Assembly: GCA_965238225.1 (NCBI GenBank)
Contig: OZ250183.1
Span: forward strand, 960,001-1,024,000
DNA: 64,000 bases
Reading direction: 5' to 3'
DNA from: Gammaproteobacteria bacterium
Lineage (GTDB): Bacteria; Pseudomonadota; Gammaproteobacteria; Eutrophobiales; Eutrophobiaceae
The translations under genes and the position numbers were made by a program. Positions 29,612 through 39,960 of the stretch are shown here, in pieces; position 1 is the stretch's first letter, and each line of letters begins with the position of its first letter. A model generated the notes under the pieces. That model worked only from the letters and a program-made list of their open reading frames with translations, was not told the DNA's origin and searched no databases.

Positions 29612-30449
29612 ACAACGTGTGATAACAGCAATCATACTGGCAAGTGTGATGATAAGCGCAGTTATTTTTTTGTCCACAGAAAAGCTCGCTTTCATATTTA
29701 TTGCAATTGTCTGCGTGGCTGCGTGGGAATGGGCTTCTTGTGCTGGCTTATATACCATGTCTCAAAAAATTATCTCTTTCTTATTCATTTTTTTATCTTT
29801 AATGGCTTGTATGTATCTTCTTGATACACAGTGGATTCTTATAGTGATAGCTTGCGGTATTGTGTGGTGGTTTGTGGCTATGTTTCTGGTGGTTCGCTAC
29901 CAGATAAATAAAAACATTAATATATCATCAAAGTTTCTTAAAATCATGATGGGCGGTGTCATCCTTGTCCCTGCTTGGTTGAGTTTAATTTTGATTCACT
30001 CTGGTAAAGTTGGATCTTCTCTGGCGGATGTATCTGGCACATCGTTAATGCTATTTTTATTTTTTCTTATATGGTTGTCTGACAGTGCAGCATATTTCTC
30101 AGGTAGAAAATTTGGCAATAAAAAACTTGTAAGTAACGTGAGCCCTGGTAAAAGTTGGGAGGGTGTATATGGTGCCCTGTCTGCCTCATTATTATTTCCC
30201 ATTATCTATGCGTTTTATACAGATATGAACTTTATAACCACTATTTATTTTATTTTACTGGCCTTGATTACAGTGAGTTTCTCAATTTTAGGTGATTTGA
30301 CAGAAAGTATGTTCAAGCGGATGGCCAAGATTAAAGACAGTAGCAATATTTTGCCCGGACACGGTGGCGTACTAGACCGTATCGATAGCCTCACATCTTC
30401 TGCGCCTGTATTTTTTGCAGGTCTATGGGCAATGGAAAAGATTTTATGA
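29604..30449 (+). CDS. cdsA: Phosphatidate cytidylyltransferase
   Basis: [18 protein letters not shown]...[19 protein letters not shown]. Confidence 0.95.
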   Translation: MIKQRVITAIILASVMISAVIFLSTEKLAFIFIAIVCVAAWEWASCAGLYTMSQKIISFLFIFLSLMACMYLLDTQWILIVIACGIVWWFVAMFLVVRYQINKNINISSKFLKIMMGGVILVPAWLSLILIHSGKVGSSLADVSGTSLMLFLFFLIWLSDSAAYFSGRKFGNKKLVSNVSPGKSWEGVYGALSASLLFPIIYAFYTDMNFITTIYFILLALITVSFSILGDLTESMFKRMAKIKDSSNILPGHGGVLDRIDSLTSSAPVFFAGLWAMEKIL

Positions 30450-31630
30450 TTGGGCTAACGTTACTGGGTGCGACAGGAAGTATCGGCATCAGTACTTTAG
30501 ACGTGGTCTCTCGCCACAAAGATAAATATGAGATTATTGCGCTGACTGCAAATCAAAATATTGAATTGCTTATCGAGCAGTGTGAAACATGGCAACCAAA
30601 ATATGCTGTTATTGCTGATCATGATCTTGCAGAATCATTAAGCAACGGTTTAAAAGAGAAAGGTTTAGATATAGAAGTATTGTCTGGGTCAGAAGGCTTA
30701 CGGACTGTTGCTGTTTTGGCAGAAGTAGATTATGTCATGGCCGCTATTGTTGGTGCAGCGGGGCTATTGCCAACACTTGCAGCAGCAGAAGCTGGGAAAC
30801 GGGTGTTATTGGCTAACAAAGAATCATTAGTCATGTCTGGAAAATTATTTATGGATACCGTACACGAATCTGGCGCTTCCTTGTTGCCAATAGACAGTGA
30901 GCACAATGCTATTTTTCAGAGCATGCCGATAAATTATCAAGACGGTTTGTCAAAGACTGGCGTTGAAAAAATACTTCTAACTGCATCAGGAGGGCCATTT
31001 AGAACAACTCCTCTTGATGAATTAAAGAAAGTCACGCCCAAACAAGCGTGCGCACATCCAAATTGGGATATGGGTAGAAAAATTTCAGTAGATTCTGCAA
31101 CAATGATGAATAAAGGCCTTGAAGTTATTGAAGCGTGTTGGTTATTTGACACAAGTCCGGAGAAAATACAAATTGTTTTGCATCCACAGAGTGTTATTCA
31201 TTCTTTGGTTCAATATATCGATGGCTCTGTTTTAGCTCAATTGGGAAATCCTGATATGAGAATACCTATTGCACATGCTCTTTCTTGGCCTGAACGTATT
31301 GATTCGGGTGTTGAATCACTTGATTTATTTGATGTAGCGCATCTTGATTTTGAAATTCCAGATATTGATAGATTTCCCTGTTTGAAACTGGCAAGCGAAG
31401 CAATGACAGCAGGAGGCACATCAACTGTAATATTAAATGCTGCAAATGAAGTTGCGGTTGAAGCATTTTTAAATAACCAGATAAGATTTACAGGGATACC
31501 TGAGTTGATAAAGGCAGCCTTGGAAAATATCTCCAAGGTTGAAGCAGATTCAATTGAGACTGTGTTGGCTGTTGACGTTGAAGCGCGTCTGTTTGCTAAT
31601 CAATATATTAAAGATGCACTTTCCTTGTGA
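30446..31630 (+). CDS. dxr: 1-deoxy-D-xylulose-5-phosphate reductoisomerase
   Basis: [40 protein letters not shown]; ATGA overlap with cdsA. Confidence 0.96.
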   Translation: MIGLTLLGATGSIGISTLDVVSRHKDKYEIIALTANQNIELLIEQCETWQPKYAVIADHDLAESLSNGLKEKGLDIEVLSGSEGLRTVAVLAEVDYVMAAIVGAAGLLPTLAAAEAGKRVLLANKESLVMSGKLFMDTVHESGASLLPIDSEHNAIFQSMPINYQDGLSKTGVEKILLTASGGPFRTTPLDELKKVTPKQACAHPNWDMGRKISVDSATMMNKGLEVIEACWLFDTSPEKIQIVLHPQSVIHSLVQYIDGSVLAQLGNPDMRIPIAHALSWPERIDSGVESLDLFDVAHLDFEIPDIDRFPCLKLASEAMTAGGTSTVILNAANEVAVEAFLNNQIRFTGIPELIKAALENISKVEADSIETVLAVDVEARLFANQYIKDALSL

Positions 31631-32982
31631 TCTCTTTTTTGCAACATCTTTCTGCATTTATTTTCGCCTTGGGAATTTTAGTAATTTTCCATGAATTTGG
31701 TCATTTTTGGGCTGCACAAAAATGTGGTGTCAAAATTTTAAGGTTTTCAGTTGGATTCGGTAAGCCTTTATGGTCAAAGCGAATAGGCAAGGATAAATTT
31801 GAATTAGTTATTGCAGCGTTGCCTTTAGGCGGTTACGTTAAGATGTTGGACGAACGAGAAGGAGATGTTGCAGAGTCCGAGCTTGACCGTACGTTCAATA
31901 GAAAATCATTAGCTCAACGAACAGCTATCGTTCTAGCGGGTCCTGTTTTTAATTTTATCTTTGCTATTGTTGCATTTTGGTTCATGTTTATGATTGGTTT
32001 AACTGGTCTTAAGCCTATTGTCGGTGAAGTAAAAAAGGAGTCCATAGCATACATGGCTGGGTTCAACGAAGGGGTTGAAATTATTGCTGTTAATAGCAAA
32101 GAGACAAAAACTTGGACAATGGTCATTGATAGCCTTGTAAGAAAAATTATTAATGCTGACAAAATAGATATTACAGTTCGAGATGGGTCGATTGTTAAAA
32201 CACTGAATATTAATCTAAAAAATTTATCAATCGATGATGTAGCAGAGCAGGGCTTGTTAAATAACATTGGCATAATACCCATGAAATTTAAAATACCTGC
32301 CATCATAGGCAGCGTGTATTCTGGCTTGCCTGCAGATAAGGCAGGCCTAGTTTTTGGAGATTTGATTGTTTCTGCAAATAATGAAGCAATAAAGGATTGG
32401 GAGGAATGGGTCAAGTATGTGCAAACTCATGCAAAGCAAAAAATAAATGTAGAAATAAAAAGAGGTGATGAATATTTAACTCTTGAACTTATTCCGGATG
32501 AGAAAATAAAAAATAATGGTGTGGTCATAGGTTTTATTGGTGCTGGCGGTAAATCAATTGAAGAAATGTTTGGTAAGGAGTCATATGCATTTTTACCGGC
32601 TTTTTTAAGAGGTCTTGAAAAGACATGGGACATGTCGTGGCTAACGTTACGCATGCTTGGTAAGATAATTACAGGTCAGGCATCCGTTAAAAATTTGAGT
32701 GGCCCGATAAGCATTGCACAATATGCAGGCGATTCAGCTAAAGGTGGTATTGCCGCATTTTTATGGTTTCTTGGCATTGTTAGTGTTAGCTTGGCTGTCC
32801 TGAATCTATTGCCTATACCACTGCTTGATGGAGGGCATTTGCTGTATTATACATTTGAATTTTTTAAAGGTAGCGAAGTATCAGAATCAATACAAATTAT
32901 CGGCCAACAAATTGGGGGCACATTATTGCTGAGCCTTATGATACTTGTGTTTTATAACGATATAGCACGACTCATTGGGTAA
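31627..32982 (+). CDS. rseP: RIP metalloprotease RseP
   Basis: HEFGH, PDZ domains, [12 protein letters not shown]. Confidence 0.96.
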   Translation: MISFLQHLSAFIFALGILVIFHEFGHFWAAQKCGVKILRFSVGFGKPLWSKRIGKDKFELVIAALPLGGYVKMLDEREGDVAESELDRTFNRKSLAQRTAIVLAGPVFNFIFAIVAFWFMFMIGLTGLKPIVGEVKKESIAYMAGFNEGVEIIAVNSKETKTWTMVIDSLVRKIINADKIDITVRDGSIVKTLNINLKNLSIDDVAEQGLLNNIGIIPMKFKIPAIIGSVYSGLPADKAGLVFGDLIVSANNEAIKDWEEWVKYVQTHAKQKINVEIKRGDEYLTLELIPDEKIKNNGVVIGFIGAGGKSIEEMFGKESYAFLPAFLRGLEKTWDMSWLTLRMLGKIITGQASVKNLSGPISIAQYAGDSAKGGIAAFLWFLGIVSVSLAVLNLLPIPLLDGGHLLYYTFEFFKGSEVSESIQIIGQQIGGTLLLSLMILVFYNDIARLIG

Positions 32983-33023
32983 AACATACCTTCGATATGA
33001 AAAATATATGAAAAAATAAACAT

Positions 33024-35324
33024 ATGAAAAATTTAATAAAGAAATTACTTTATATAATATTCGCATGTTTATCCATGCAAATGAACACTTATGCTGTCCA
33101 GGAATTTATTATTGAGGACATTCGTGTTGAAGGTTTACAGAGAATAACGCCAGGGACTGTATTCAATTATTTGCCTATAAAAGTTGGCGATACCTTCAAT
33201 GACTCCAAATCTAGCGAATCTGCCAAGGCATTATTTGAAACTGGATTTTTTGAAGATATTAAATTGGAACGTGACGGAGGAGTTTTGATCTTTGTTTTGA
33301 AAGAACGTCCTTCGATTGGCAGCATCACCTTAAATGGTAATGAAGATGTCACAAGTGATGATTTGCTGGATAGTTTAAAGCAGATTAATTTTTCTGAAGG
33401 TCGCGCCTTTGATCATTCTCAGTTAGAAAAATTAGAGCGAGAACTAACAAGGCAATATAATTCCTTGGGAAAATATTCTGCTAAAATAGAATCAATAATT
33501 ACTGAATTGGATGATAATCGTGTTGCGATAACAATTAATATTTCTGAAGGCGTTGTTGCAAAAATTAAGAAAATAAATATTGTGGGCAATAAGGTTTATA
33601 AAGAAAAAGAGTTATTAGAACTATTCAAGCTAAGCGCATCATCGTTATTTTCATTTTATACTAATAAAGATCAATATTCCCGTCAGAAATTAAGTGCAGA
33701 TCTGGAATCTCTTCATTCACATTATCTGAATAATGGTTATATTAAGTTTAATATTGATTCTACACAGGTCTCTATCACGCCAGATAAAAAAAATATTTAC
33801 ATTACTATTAATATCTCTGAAGAAGAATTATTTACCATTTCTGAAGTCAGCTTAGTAGGTAATTTTGTGTTGCCTGAAGAAGAAATTGCTGATCTGATAA
33901 GTGTCAGGAAAGGAGATATATTTTCGCGTAAACAATTAACAAACAGCAGCAATGCTTTAAGCGCCCGCTTGGGAAATGATGGCTATACTTTTGCTAATGT
34001 CAATTCAATTCCTGAAATTAATGATGAAAATCATACTGTTAAAGTAAAATTCTTTGTTGACCCAAGTAAACGTGTTTATGTAAGAAGGATTATTTTTAGT
34101 GGCAATGCTAAAACGCGAGACGAGATACTCAGACGTGAAATGCGGCAGCAGGAAAGCAGCTGGATTACTACAGAAAAAGTAGAACGAGGCAAAATTAGAT
34201 TACAAAGACTGGGATTTTTTGAAGAAGTGAATGTTGAGACTCCGGCAGTGTTGGGGACTACGGATCAGGTCGATGTCCATTACACGGTAGCAGAAAGACC
34301 TTCGGGAAATCTATCTTTAGGCCTTGGATTCTCACAAACAGCTGGTTTAACATTGCAAACATCAATTACTCAAAACAATTTTCTTGGAAGTGGTAAAAGA
34401 GCCAGTTTCATATTCAATAATAGCGACATAAATAGACAGTTTGGGTTTGCTTACACCAATCCATATTACACTGAAGATGGTGTGAGCAGGAGTCTGAATG
34501 CTTTATACAAGAAAACAGACAGTGTGAATGCTAATGTGACCGCTTTTGATAGTCAGACCTTGAGGGTTGGCGTAGGTTTTAGTATCCCTATTACTGAATT
34601 TAACACCTTTCATACGTCAATTGGCTATGAGAATAGTCAAATTGACACAACAACCAGTTCAGCTGCACAAGTGCTAGATTTTATCGCTGCTAATGGAGAT
34701 AATGCTAATATATTAAGATGGAGTAACAGCCTGTCATTTGATACGCGTAATAAGGTAATTTTACCTGATAAAGGCGTGTTGCATCGTATTAGCGCTGAAT
34801 TGACTATCCCCTCATTTGGGGATTCTCTGCAGTTTTACAAGGCCAGTTACAAGACACAATGGTTTACTCCAATATATGAAGATTATATATTTTCCTTAAA
34901 GGGCGATATTAGCTTTGGCGATTCGTATGGCGATACCGATAACTTACCATTTTTTGAGAATTTTTACGCAGGCGGCCCTAGAACTGTTCGTGGGTATAAA
35001 GAGAATACATTGGGCGCTCTTGATTCGCTTGGCAGGCCATTAGGCGGTAATTTCAAGCTGATAGCTGGCGCTAATATCATAGTACCAGTACCATTTTTTA
35101 AAGATAATCAATCAGTAAGACTCTCGGTTTTTTTTGATGCTGGTAATGTCTATAATTTAAATGAGGAGGATTTTGATATTGGCGAGCTAAGGTACTCGGT
35201 TGGGCTGAGTGGTATTTGGGTTTCGCCATTTGGCTTAGTTAGTGCTAGTATTGCACGACCGATTGCTAATCAGGAAAATGATCAAATTCAGAATTTCCAG
35301 TTTACATTTGGGACTTCTTTTTAA
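33024..35324 (+). CDS. bamA: Outer membrane protein assembly factor BamA
   Basis: POTRA DIRVEGLQRI, VRGY motif, C-terminal FQFTFGTSF. Confidence 0.97.
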   Translation: MKNLIKKLLYIIFACLSMQMNTYAVQEFIIEDIRVEGLQRITPGTVFNYLPIKVGDTFNDSKSSESAKALFETGFFEDIKLERDGGVLIFVLKERPSIGSITLNGNEDVTSDDLLDSLKQINFSEGRAFDHSQLEKLERELTRQYNSLGKYSAKIESIITELDDNRVAITINISEGVVAKIKKINIVGNKVYKEKELLELFKLSASSLFSFYTNKDQYSRQKLSADLESLHSHYLNNGYIKFNIDSTQVSITPDKKNIYITINISEEELFTISEVSLVGNFVLPEEEIADLISVRKGDIFSRKQLTNSSNALSARLGNDGYTFANVNSIPEINDENHTVKVKFFVDPSKRVYVRRIIFSGNAKTRDEILRREMRQQESSWITTEKVERGKIRLQRLGFFEEVNVETPAVLGTTDQVDVHYTVAERPSGNLSLGLGFSQTAGLTLQTSITQNNFLGSGKRASFIFNNSDINRQFGFAYTNPYYTEDGVSRSLNALYKKTDSVNANVTAFDSQTLRVGVGFSIPITEFNTFHTSIGYENSQIDTTTSSAAQVLDFIAANGDNANILRWSNSLSFDTRNKVILPDKGVLHRISAELTIPSFGDSLQFYKASYKTQWFTPIYEDYIFSLKGDISFGDSYGDTDNLPFFENFYAGGPRTVRGYKENTLGALDSLGRPLGGNFKLIAGANIIVPVPFFKDNQSVRLSVFFDAGNVYNLNEEDFDIGELRYSVGLSGIWVSPFGLVSASIARPIANQENDQIQNFQFTFGTSF

Positions 35325-35348
35325 TACAAAAAATATGGAGCAGGAATT

Positions 35349-35864
35349 TTGAGAAATATTAAAATAATTCTTCTAATAAATTATCTTTTATCAATGTTAG
35401 GCATGAACAGCGTTTTTGCGGAAGATTTTAAAATTGGCACAGTAAGTACAATCAGCATTCTTGAGCAGTCACCGCAGGCAGTATCAGCAGATGCGTTGAT
35501 TAAGAAAGAATTTTCTTCAAGAGACAGAGATCTGGTTGCGAAACAGAAAGAAGTCAAGTCAATGGAAGATCGTTTTACAAAAGACAAAGCCATTATGACA
35601 GAGTCAGAAATCAAAAAACTTGAAAGAGATATTATAAATGCACGCAGAGATTTAAAAAGAAAGCAAGATGAATTTCGTGAAGATGTAAATTTTAGGTTTA
35701 ACGAGGAAAGAGCAAAAATACAGAAAGAAATATTTGATGCAATTCAGACTGTCGCTAAAGAAAATAACTACGACCTCGTACTGTTTGATGGTGTTGCCTA
35801 CGCAAGCCCAAAAACAGATTTGAGTGATGAGATTATTACCTACTTGAAAAAGAAGAAAAAATAA
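35349..35864 (+). CDS. skp: Periplasmic chaperone Skp/OmpH
   Basis: Signal peptide, KIGTV, YDLVL; between bamA and lpxD. Confidence 0.92.
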   Translation: MRNIKIILLINYLLSMLGMNSVFAEDFKIGTVSTISILEQSPQAVSADALIKKEFSSRDRDLVAKQKEVKSMEDRFTKDKAIMTESEIKKLERDIINARRDLKRKQDEFREDVNFRFNEERAKIQKEIFDAIQTVAKENNYDLVLFDGVAYASPKTDLSDEIITYLKKKKK

Positions 35865-35897
35865 AAATAATGAAAGCAAATAAAAAAATTGAAAATT

Positions 35898-36920
35898 ATG
35901 ACTACTGCCCTTGCTATTCCACTTGGGAAGATAGCTGATCATATCGGCGCAGAATTACATGGTGACTCGGAATGTATCATTAATGGTCTTGCTGCATTAC
36001 ATTCGGCCGAATCAGGCCACGTAAGTTTTTTATCAAGTCGTAGATACTATCGTTATCTGAAGCATACAAAGGCATCAGCAGTCATCATCGTAAGAAAAGA
36101 TTTGGATAAATGTCCTGTATCTGCTTTAGTGGTGGATGATCCATATTTGGCCTATGTTGATGTCATTAATTTATTTCATCCAAAGCCTGAAATTATTTCT
36201 GGAATACATCCGTCAGCGGCTATTAGCCCGTCAGCAAAAATAGATAGTTCGGTATTTATTGGAGCAAATGTTGTTATAGAAGACAACGTAGTGATTGAAT
36301 CAGGAACCTTTATAGATTCCGGTTGCGTAATAAAGCCTAATGTCACTATTGCCTCAAATACATATTTGTATCCTAATGTAGTATTGTGCGATTCTGCATC
36401 AATTGGTAATAGAGTGATATTACATCCCGGTGTAATTATAGGTTCTGACGGTTTTGGTATTGTCAAAAATAAAAATCTCTGGACTAAAATTCCGCAGATA
36501 GGCACGGTCGTTATTGGAGATGATGTTGAAATTGGTGCAAATACTACAATCGATCGAGGCGCGCTTGGCAATACAGTGATAGAACAAGACGTGAAAATAG
36601 ATAATCAGGTACAAGTTGCCCATAACGTCCATATAGGAGCGCATACAGCGATTGCTGGGTGCGCTGGTATCGCAGGTAGTACAATAATAGGTAAGCATTG
36701 TACAATAGGCGGTGCATCAACAATTAATGGGCATCTTGAGATAGTAGATAATGTTACCATTGGAGGAAATTCTGCTGTTGCTAATTCTATAAAATTAGCT
36801 GGCGTGTATTCATCTGCAATACCTGTGACTGAAGCAAAACTTTGGAGAAAGATTATTGTGAGAATAAAAAATTTGGATAGATTGAGTCGAAAAATTACAA
36901 AACTTGAAAAAAAACAATAG
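35898..36920 (+). CDS. lpxD: UDP-3-O-acylglucosamine N-acyltransferase
   Basis: Hexapeptide repeats, IGSDGFG, KIDNQVQVAHNV. Confidence 0.96.
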   Translation: MTTALAIPLGKIADHIGAELHGDSECIINGLAALHSAESGHVSFLSSRRYYRYLKHTKASAVIIVRKDLDKCPVSALVVDDPYLAYVDVINLFHPKPEIISGIHPSAAISPSAKIDSSVFIGANVVIEDNVVIESGTFIDSGCVIKPNVTIASNTYLYPNVVLCDSASIGNRVILHPGVIIGSDGFGIVKNKNLWTKIPQIGTVVIGDDVEIGANTTIDRGALGNTVIEQDVKIDNQVQVAHNVHIGAHTAIAGCAGIAGSTIIGKHCTIGGASTINGHLEIVDNVTIGGNSAVANSIKLAGVYSSAIPVTEAKLWRKIIVRIKNLDRLSRKITKLEKKQ

Positions 36921-36939
36921 ATAAAGAGGCAGTGTTACT

Positions 36940-37383
36940 ATGAATACATTAAATATCCATGAGATTAAAAAAATTCTACCTCATCGGTATCCATTTTTGC
37001 TGGTTGATAGTGTATCTGCGTATGAATCTGGAGACTCATTAACCGCAATTAAAAATGTAACTTTTAATGAGCCTTGTTTTCAGGGGCATTTTCCTAAAAA
37101 ACCTATCTTTCCTGGCGTGTTAATTATTGAGGCGATGGCGCAAGCTTCAGCACTCTTAGGCTGGCTTTCCATGAAAAAAAAACCGGAAGCTGAAAAAATC
37201 TATTATCTGATTGGCGTAAATAATGTACGGTTTAAGAAAATAGTACAGCCAGGCGATCAACTTATCCTTAATGTAAAATTTGTTAAAGTGAAAAAAGATT
37301 TATGGAAATTCATAGTGACATCAACTGTTGATGACAAAATGATTTCTTCTGCTGAAATATTAACAAGTTCTGCGGATCAATAA
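36940..37383 (+). CDS. fabZ: 3-hydroxyacyl-ACP dehydratase
   Basis: LPHRYPFLLVD, FQGHFP..PIFPGVLIIEAMAQ. Confidence 0.97.
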   Translation: MNTLNIHEIKKILPHRYPFLLVDSVSAYESGDSLTAIKNVTFNEPCFQGHFPKKPIFPGVLIIEAMAQASALLGWLSMKKKPEAEKIYYLIGVNNVRFKKIVQPGDQLILNVKFVKVKKDLWKFIVTSTVDDKMISSAEILTSSADQ

Positions 37384-37385
37384 CA

Positions 37386-38159
37386 TTGATTGACAAACAC
37401 GCTGCTGTCGATGCGCAAGCAGTGATTGGAGACAATGTCTCCATTGGGGCTTATTCGATTATTGGTGCAGGCGTTATTATCGGCGATGATACTTGGGTAG
37501 GTTCTCATGTCGTTATTAAAGGTCCTACTACAATTGGACGATCTAACAAAATTTACCAGTTCTCTTCAATCGGAGATGATCCGCAAGATAAAAAATACAG
37601 TGACAAAGAACAGTCAACTTTGGAGATTGGTGAGAGAAATCTTATTCGAGAATATTGTTCTATAAATAGAGGTACGGAAGGAGGTGGAGGTAAAACAGTG
37701 ATTGGCAATGATAACTGGATAATGGCCTCTGTTCATATTGCTCACGATTGCCTTGTGGCTAATAATACCGTGTTTGCAAATAACACCACTCTGGGAGGAC
37801 ATGTATGTATCGATGATTATGTGATACTTGGCGGGTTCTCTGGTGTGCATCAGTTCTGCCGTATCGGAAAACATTGTTTTGTTGCCCCTTATTCTGCTGT
37901 GAGCAAAGATATCCCACCTTTTTTGATGATTTCAGGTGATAGGGCAAAACCGAACGGTCTTAACCGTGAGGGTTTGAAGCGCCATGGGTTTACAAATAAA
38001 ACAATAGATTTGCTACGCAATGCGTATAAAATTGTTTATCGCAAAGGTTTGACAAAGAGTATAGCTATAGAAACACTTGCCGAATTTACCTTACAATCCG
38101 ATGCCGTTAGAGAATTTTCTGACTTTGTAGAAAAATCCACACGCGGGATTGCACGCTAA
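37386..38159 (+). CDS. lpxA: UDP-N-acetylglucosamine acyltransferase
   Basis: Hexapeptide repeats, HIAHDC, VHQFCRIG, GLNREGLKR. Confidence 0.96.
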   Translation: MIDKHAAVDAQAVIGDNVSIGAYSIIGAGVIIGDDTWVGSHVVIKGPTTIGRSNKIYQFSSIGDDPQDKKYSDKEQSTLEIGERNLIREYCSINRGTEGGGGKTVIGNDNWIMASVHIAHDCLVANNTVFANNTTLGGHVCIDDYVILGGFSGVHQFCRIGKHCFVAPYSAVSKDIPPFLMISGDRAKPNGLNREGLKRHGFTNKTIDLLRNAYKIVYRKGLTKSIAIETLAEFTLQSDAVREFSDFVEKSTRGIAR

Positions 38160-38219
38160 TTTAATTTTGTTTTACCCTAGGCGGTTCAATTTCTTACATA
38201 ATATTCTAGAAAATTTATT

Positions 38220-39356
38220 ATGCTCCGAATAGGTATAGTAGCAGGCGAAGCGTCTGGCGATCTTCTGGGCGCTCAATTAATAAGAGATCTAAAAAAAAAA
38301 TACTCTGATATTGAGCTTGTTGGTATTGGAGGGAAACATCTTATTGAAGACGGATGTCAAAGCCTGTTTAACATAGAAAGGTTATCGGTAACTGGAATAT
38401 CAGAGGCTCTTGGTCGGTGCTTCGAATTACTCAGTATTCGTAGCAAATTAATCAAATATTTCATTGATAATCCCCCTGATGTCTTTATTGGAATTGATGC
38501 GCCTGATTTTAATTTAACTTTAGAAGAAAAATTACGTAGTAAGGGGATTAAAACAGTACATTATGTTAGTCCCTCCATTTGGGCATGGCGGGAAAGCCGA
38601 TTAGAAAAAATATCACGTGCAGCTGATCTTATGTTAGTGCTATTCTCGTTTGAATTACCTTGCTACGAAAAAAATAACATAACTGCCAAATTAGTTGGAC
38701 ACCCGCTTGTCACACAAATGCACGAGGCATTTACCGGCAATGATCTAAGAGATGTGCTTTCTTTGCCTAAAGACAAGACTATTATCGCCTTGATGCCGGG
38801 AAGCCGTCAAAACGAATTAAAACAGCTTGTAGAAATATTTTTGCGTACAGCAGTACTGTGTCAGAAACAACATGAAGATATTTATTTTGTCACTAATTTA
38901 ATTGATGAATATTCCAAAGAATTTTTCATAAATGCGATCAATAAAATCTGCCCAGAATTACCTATTTCAATTTTTATAGGAAATTCAATACAAGCAATAC
39001 AAGCAAGCGATATTTTATTATTAGCCTCCGGGACGATCACTTTAGAAGCAATGTTATTAGGAAAACCAATGGTTGTCGCTTATAAAACCTCATGGATAAG
39101 CTACCAGATACTTAGAAGGTTAATATATACTCCCTATGTCGCATTACCTAATTTATTGTCTGGCAAATTTCTTGTGCCCGAATGTATACAATATGACTGC
39201 ACGCCGGAGAAGCTTGTTGTAGAATTATCAACATGGCTAAATGATAAAAATGCCGTCAAGAAATTAAAAAATAATTTCAATTCTATTCATAAAGAGATGA
39301 TGAAACAAAAGAATAATTCAGCTGCGGATGCAGTTATTGAGTTACTAATGAAATAA
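38220..39356 (+). CDS. lpxB: Lipid-A-disaccharide synthase
   Basis: AGEASGDLLGA, IDAPDFN, YVSPSIWAWR, MPGSR. Confidence 0.96.
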   Translation: MLRIGIVAGEASGDLLGAQLIRDLKKKYSDIELVGIGGKHLIEDGCQSLFNIERLSVTGISEALGRCFELLSIRSKLIKYFIDNPPDVFIGIDAPDFNLTLEEKLRSKGIKTVHYVSPSIWAWRESRLEKISRAADLMLVLFSFELPCYEKNNITAKLVGHPLVTQMHEAFTGNDLRDVLSLPKDKTIIALMPGSRQNELKQLVEIFLRTAVLCQKQHEDIYFVTNLIDEYSKEFFINAINKICPELPISIFIGNSIQAIQASDILLLASGTITLEAMLLGKPMVVAYKTSWISYQILRRLIYTPYVALPNLLSGKFLVPECIQYDCTPEKLVVELSTWLNDKNAVKKLKNNFNSIHKEMMKQKNNSAADAVIELLMK

Positions 39357-39362
39357 AATTAA

Positions 39363-39953
39363 GTGGATACAATCATTATAGATAATAATATAATTGTAGC
39401 CGGAGTTGATGAGGTAGGAAGAGGATCACTTGCCGGCCCCGTTATCTCTGCTGCTGTCATTTTGGATCCTGAAAATCCAATCAAAGGTTTAATGGATTCA
39501 AAGAAAATAACTGCGAAGAAACGTAGCTTATTAGCGATTGAAATTAAAGAGAAAGCAATATCATGGTCTTTTGGACGCGCAGAGCATGATGAAATTGATG
39601 CTATCAACATATTGCAAGCGAGCTTATTATCAATGAAAAGGGCAATTAAATCACTAACTGTAGAGCCAGAGATGGTTCTTGTTGATGGGATGTACTGCCC
39701 AGATATTAATTATAAAGTGGAAGCTATCATTAAAGGCGATAATAAAATCCCGGCAATATCAGCAGCGTCAATTATTGCTAAAGTTGCCAGAGATAACGAA
39801 ATGATTGCATTAGATAATGAGTATCATGGTTATGGCTTTCCACAACACAAAGGTTATCCCACGAAAATGCATATCAATGCATTGAATGAACTTGGAGCTT
39901 CTTTTATACATAGAAAAAGTTTTTCCACAGTAAAAAATATCTTAAACAAATAA
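39363..39953 (+). CDS. rnhB: Ribonuclease HII
   Basis: AGVDEVGRG, DSKK, AASIIAKVARD. Confidence 0.96.
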   Translation: MDTIIIDNNIIVAGVDEVGRGSLAGPVISAAVILDPENPIKGLMDSKKITAKKRSLLAIEIKEKAISWSFGRAEHDEIDAINILQASLLSMKRAIKSLTVEPEMVLVDGMYCPDINYKVEAIIKGDNKIPAISAASIIAKVARDNEMIALDNEYHGYGFPQHKGYPTKMHINALNELGASFIHRKSFSTVKNILNK

Positions 39954-39960
39954 ATAAAAT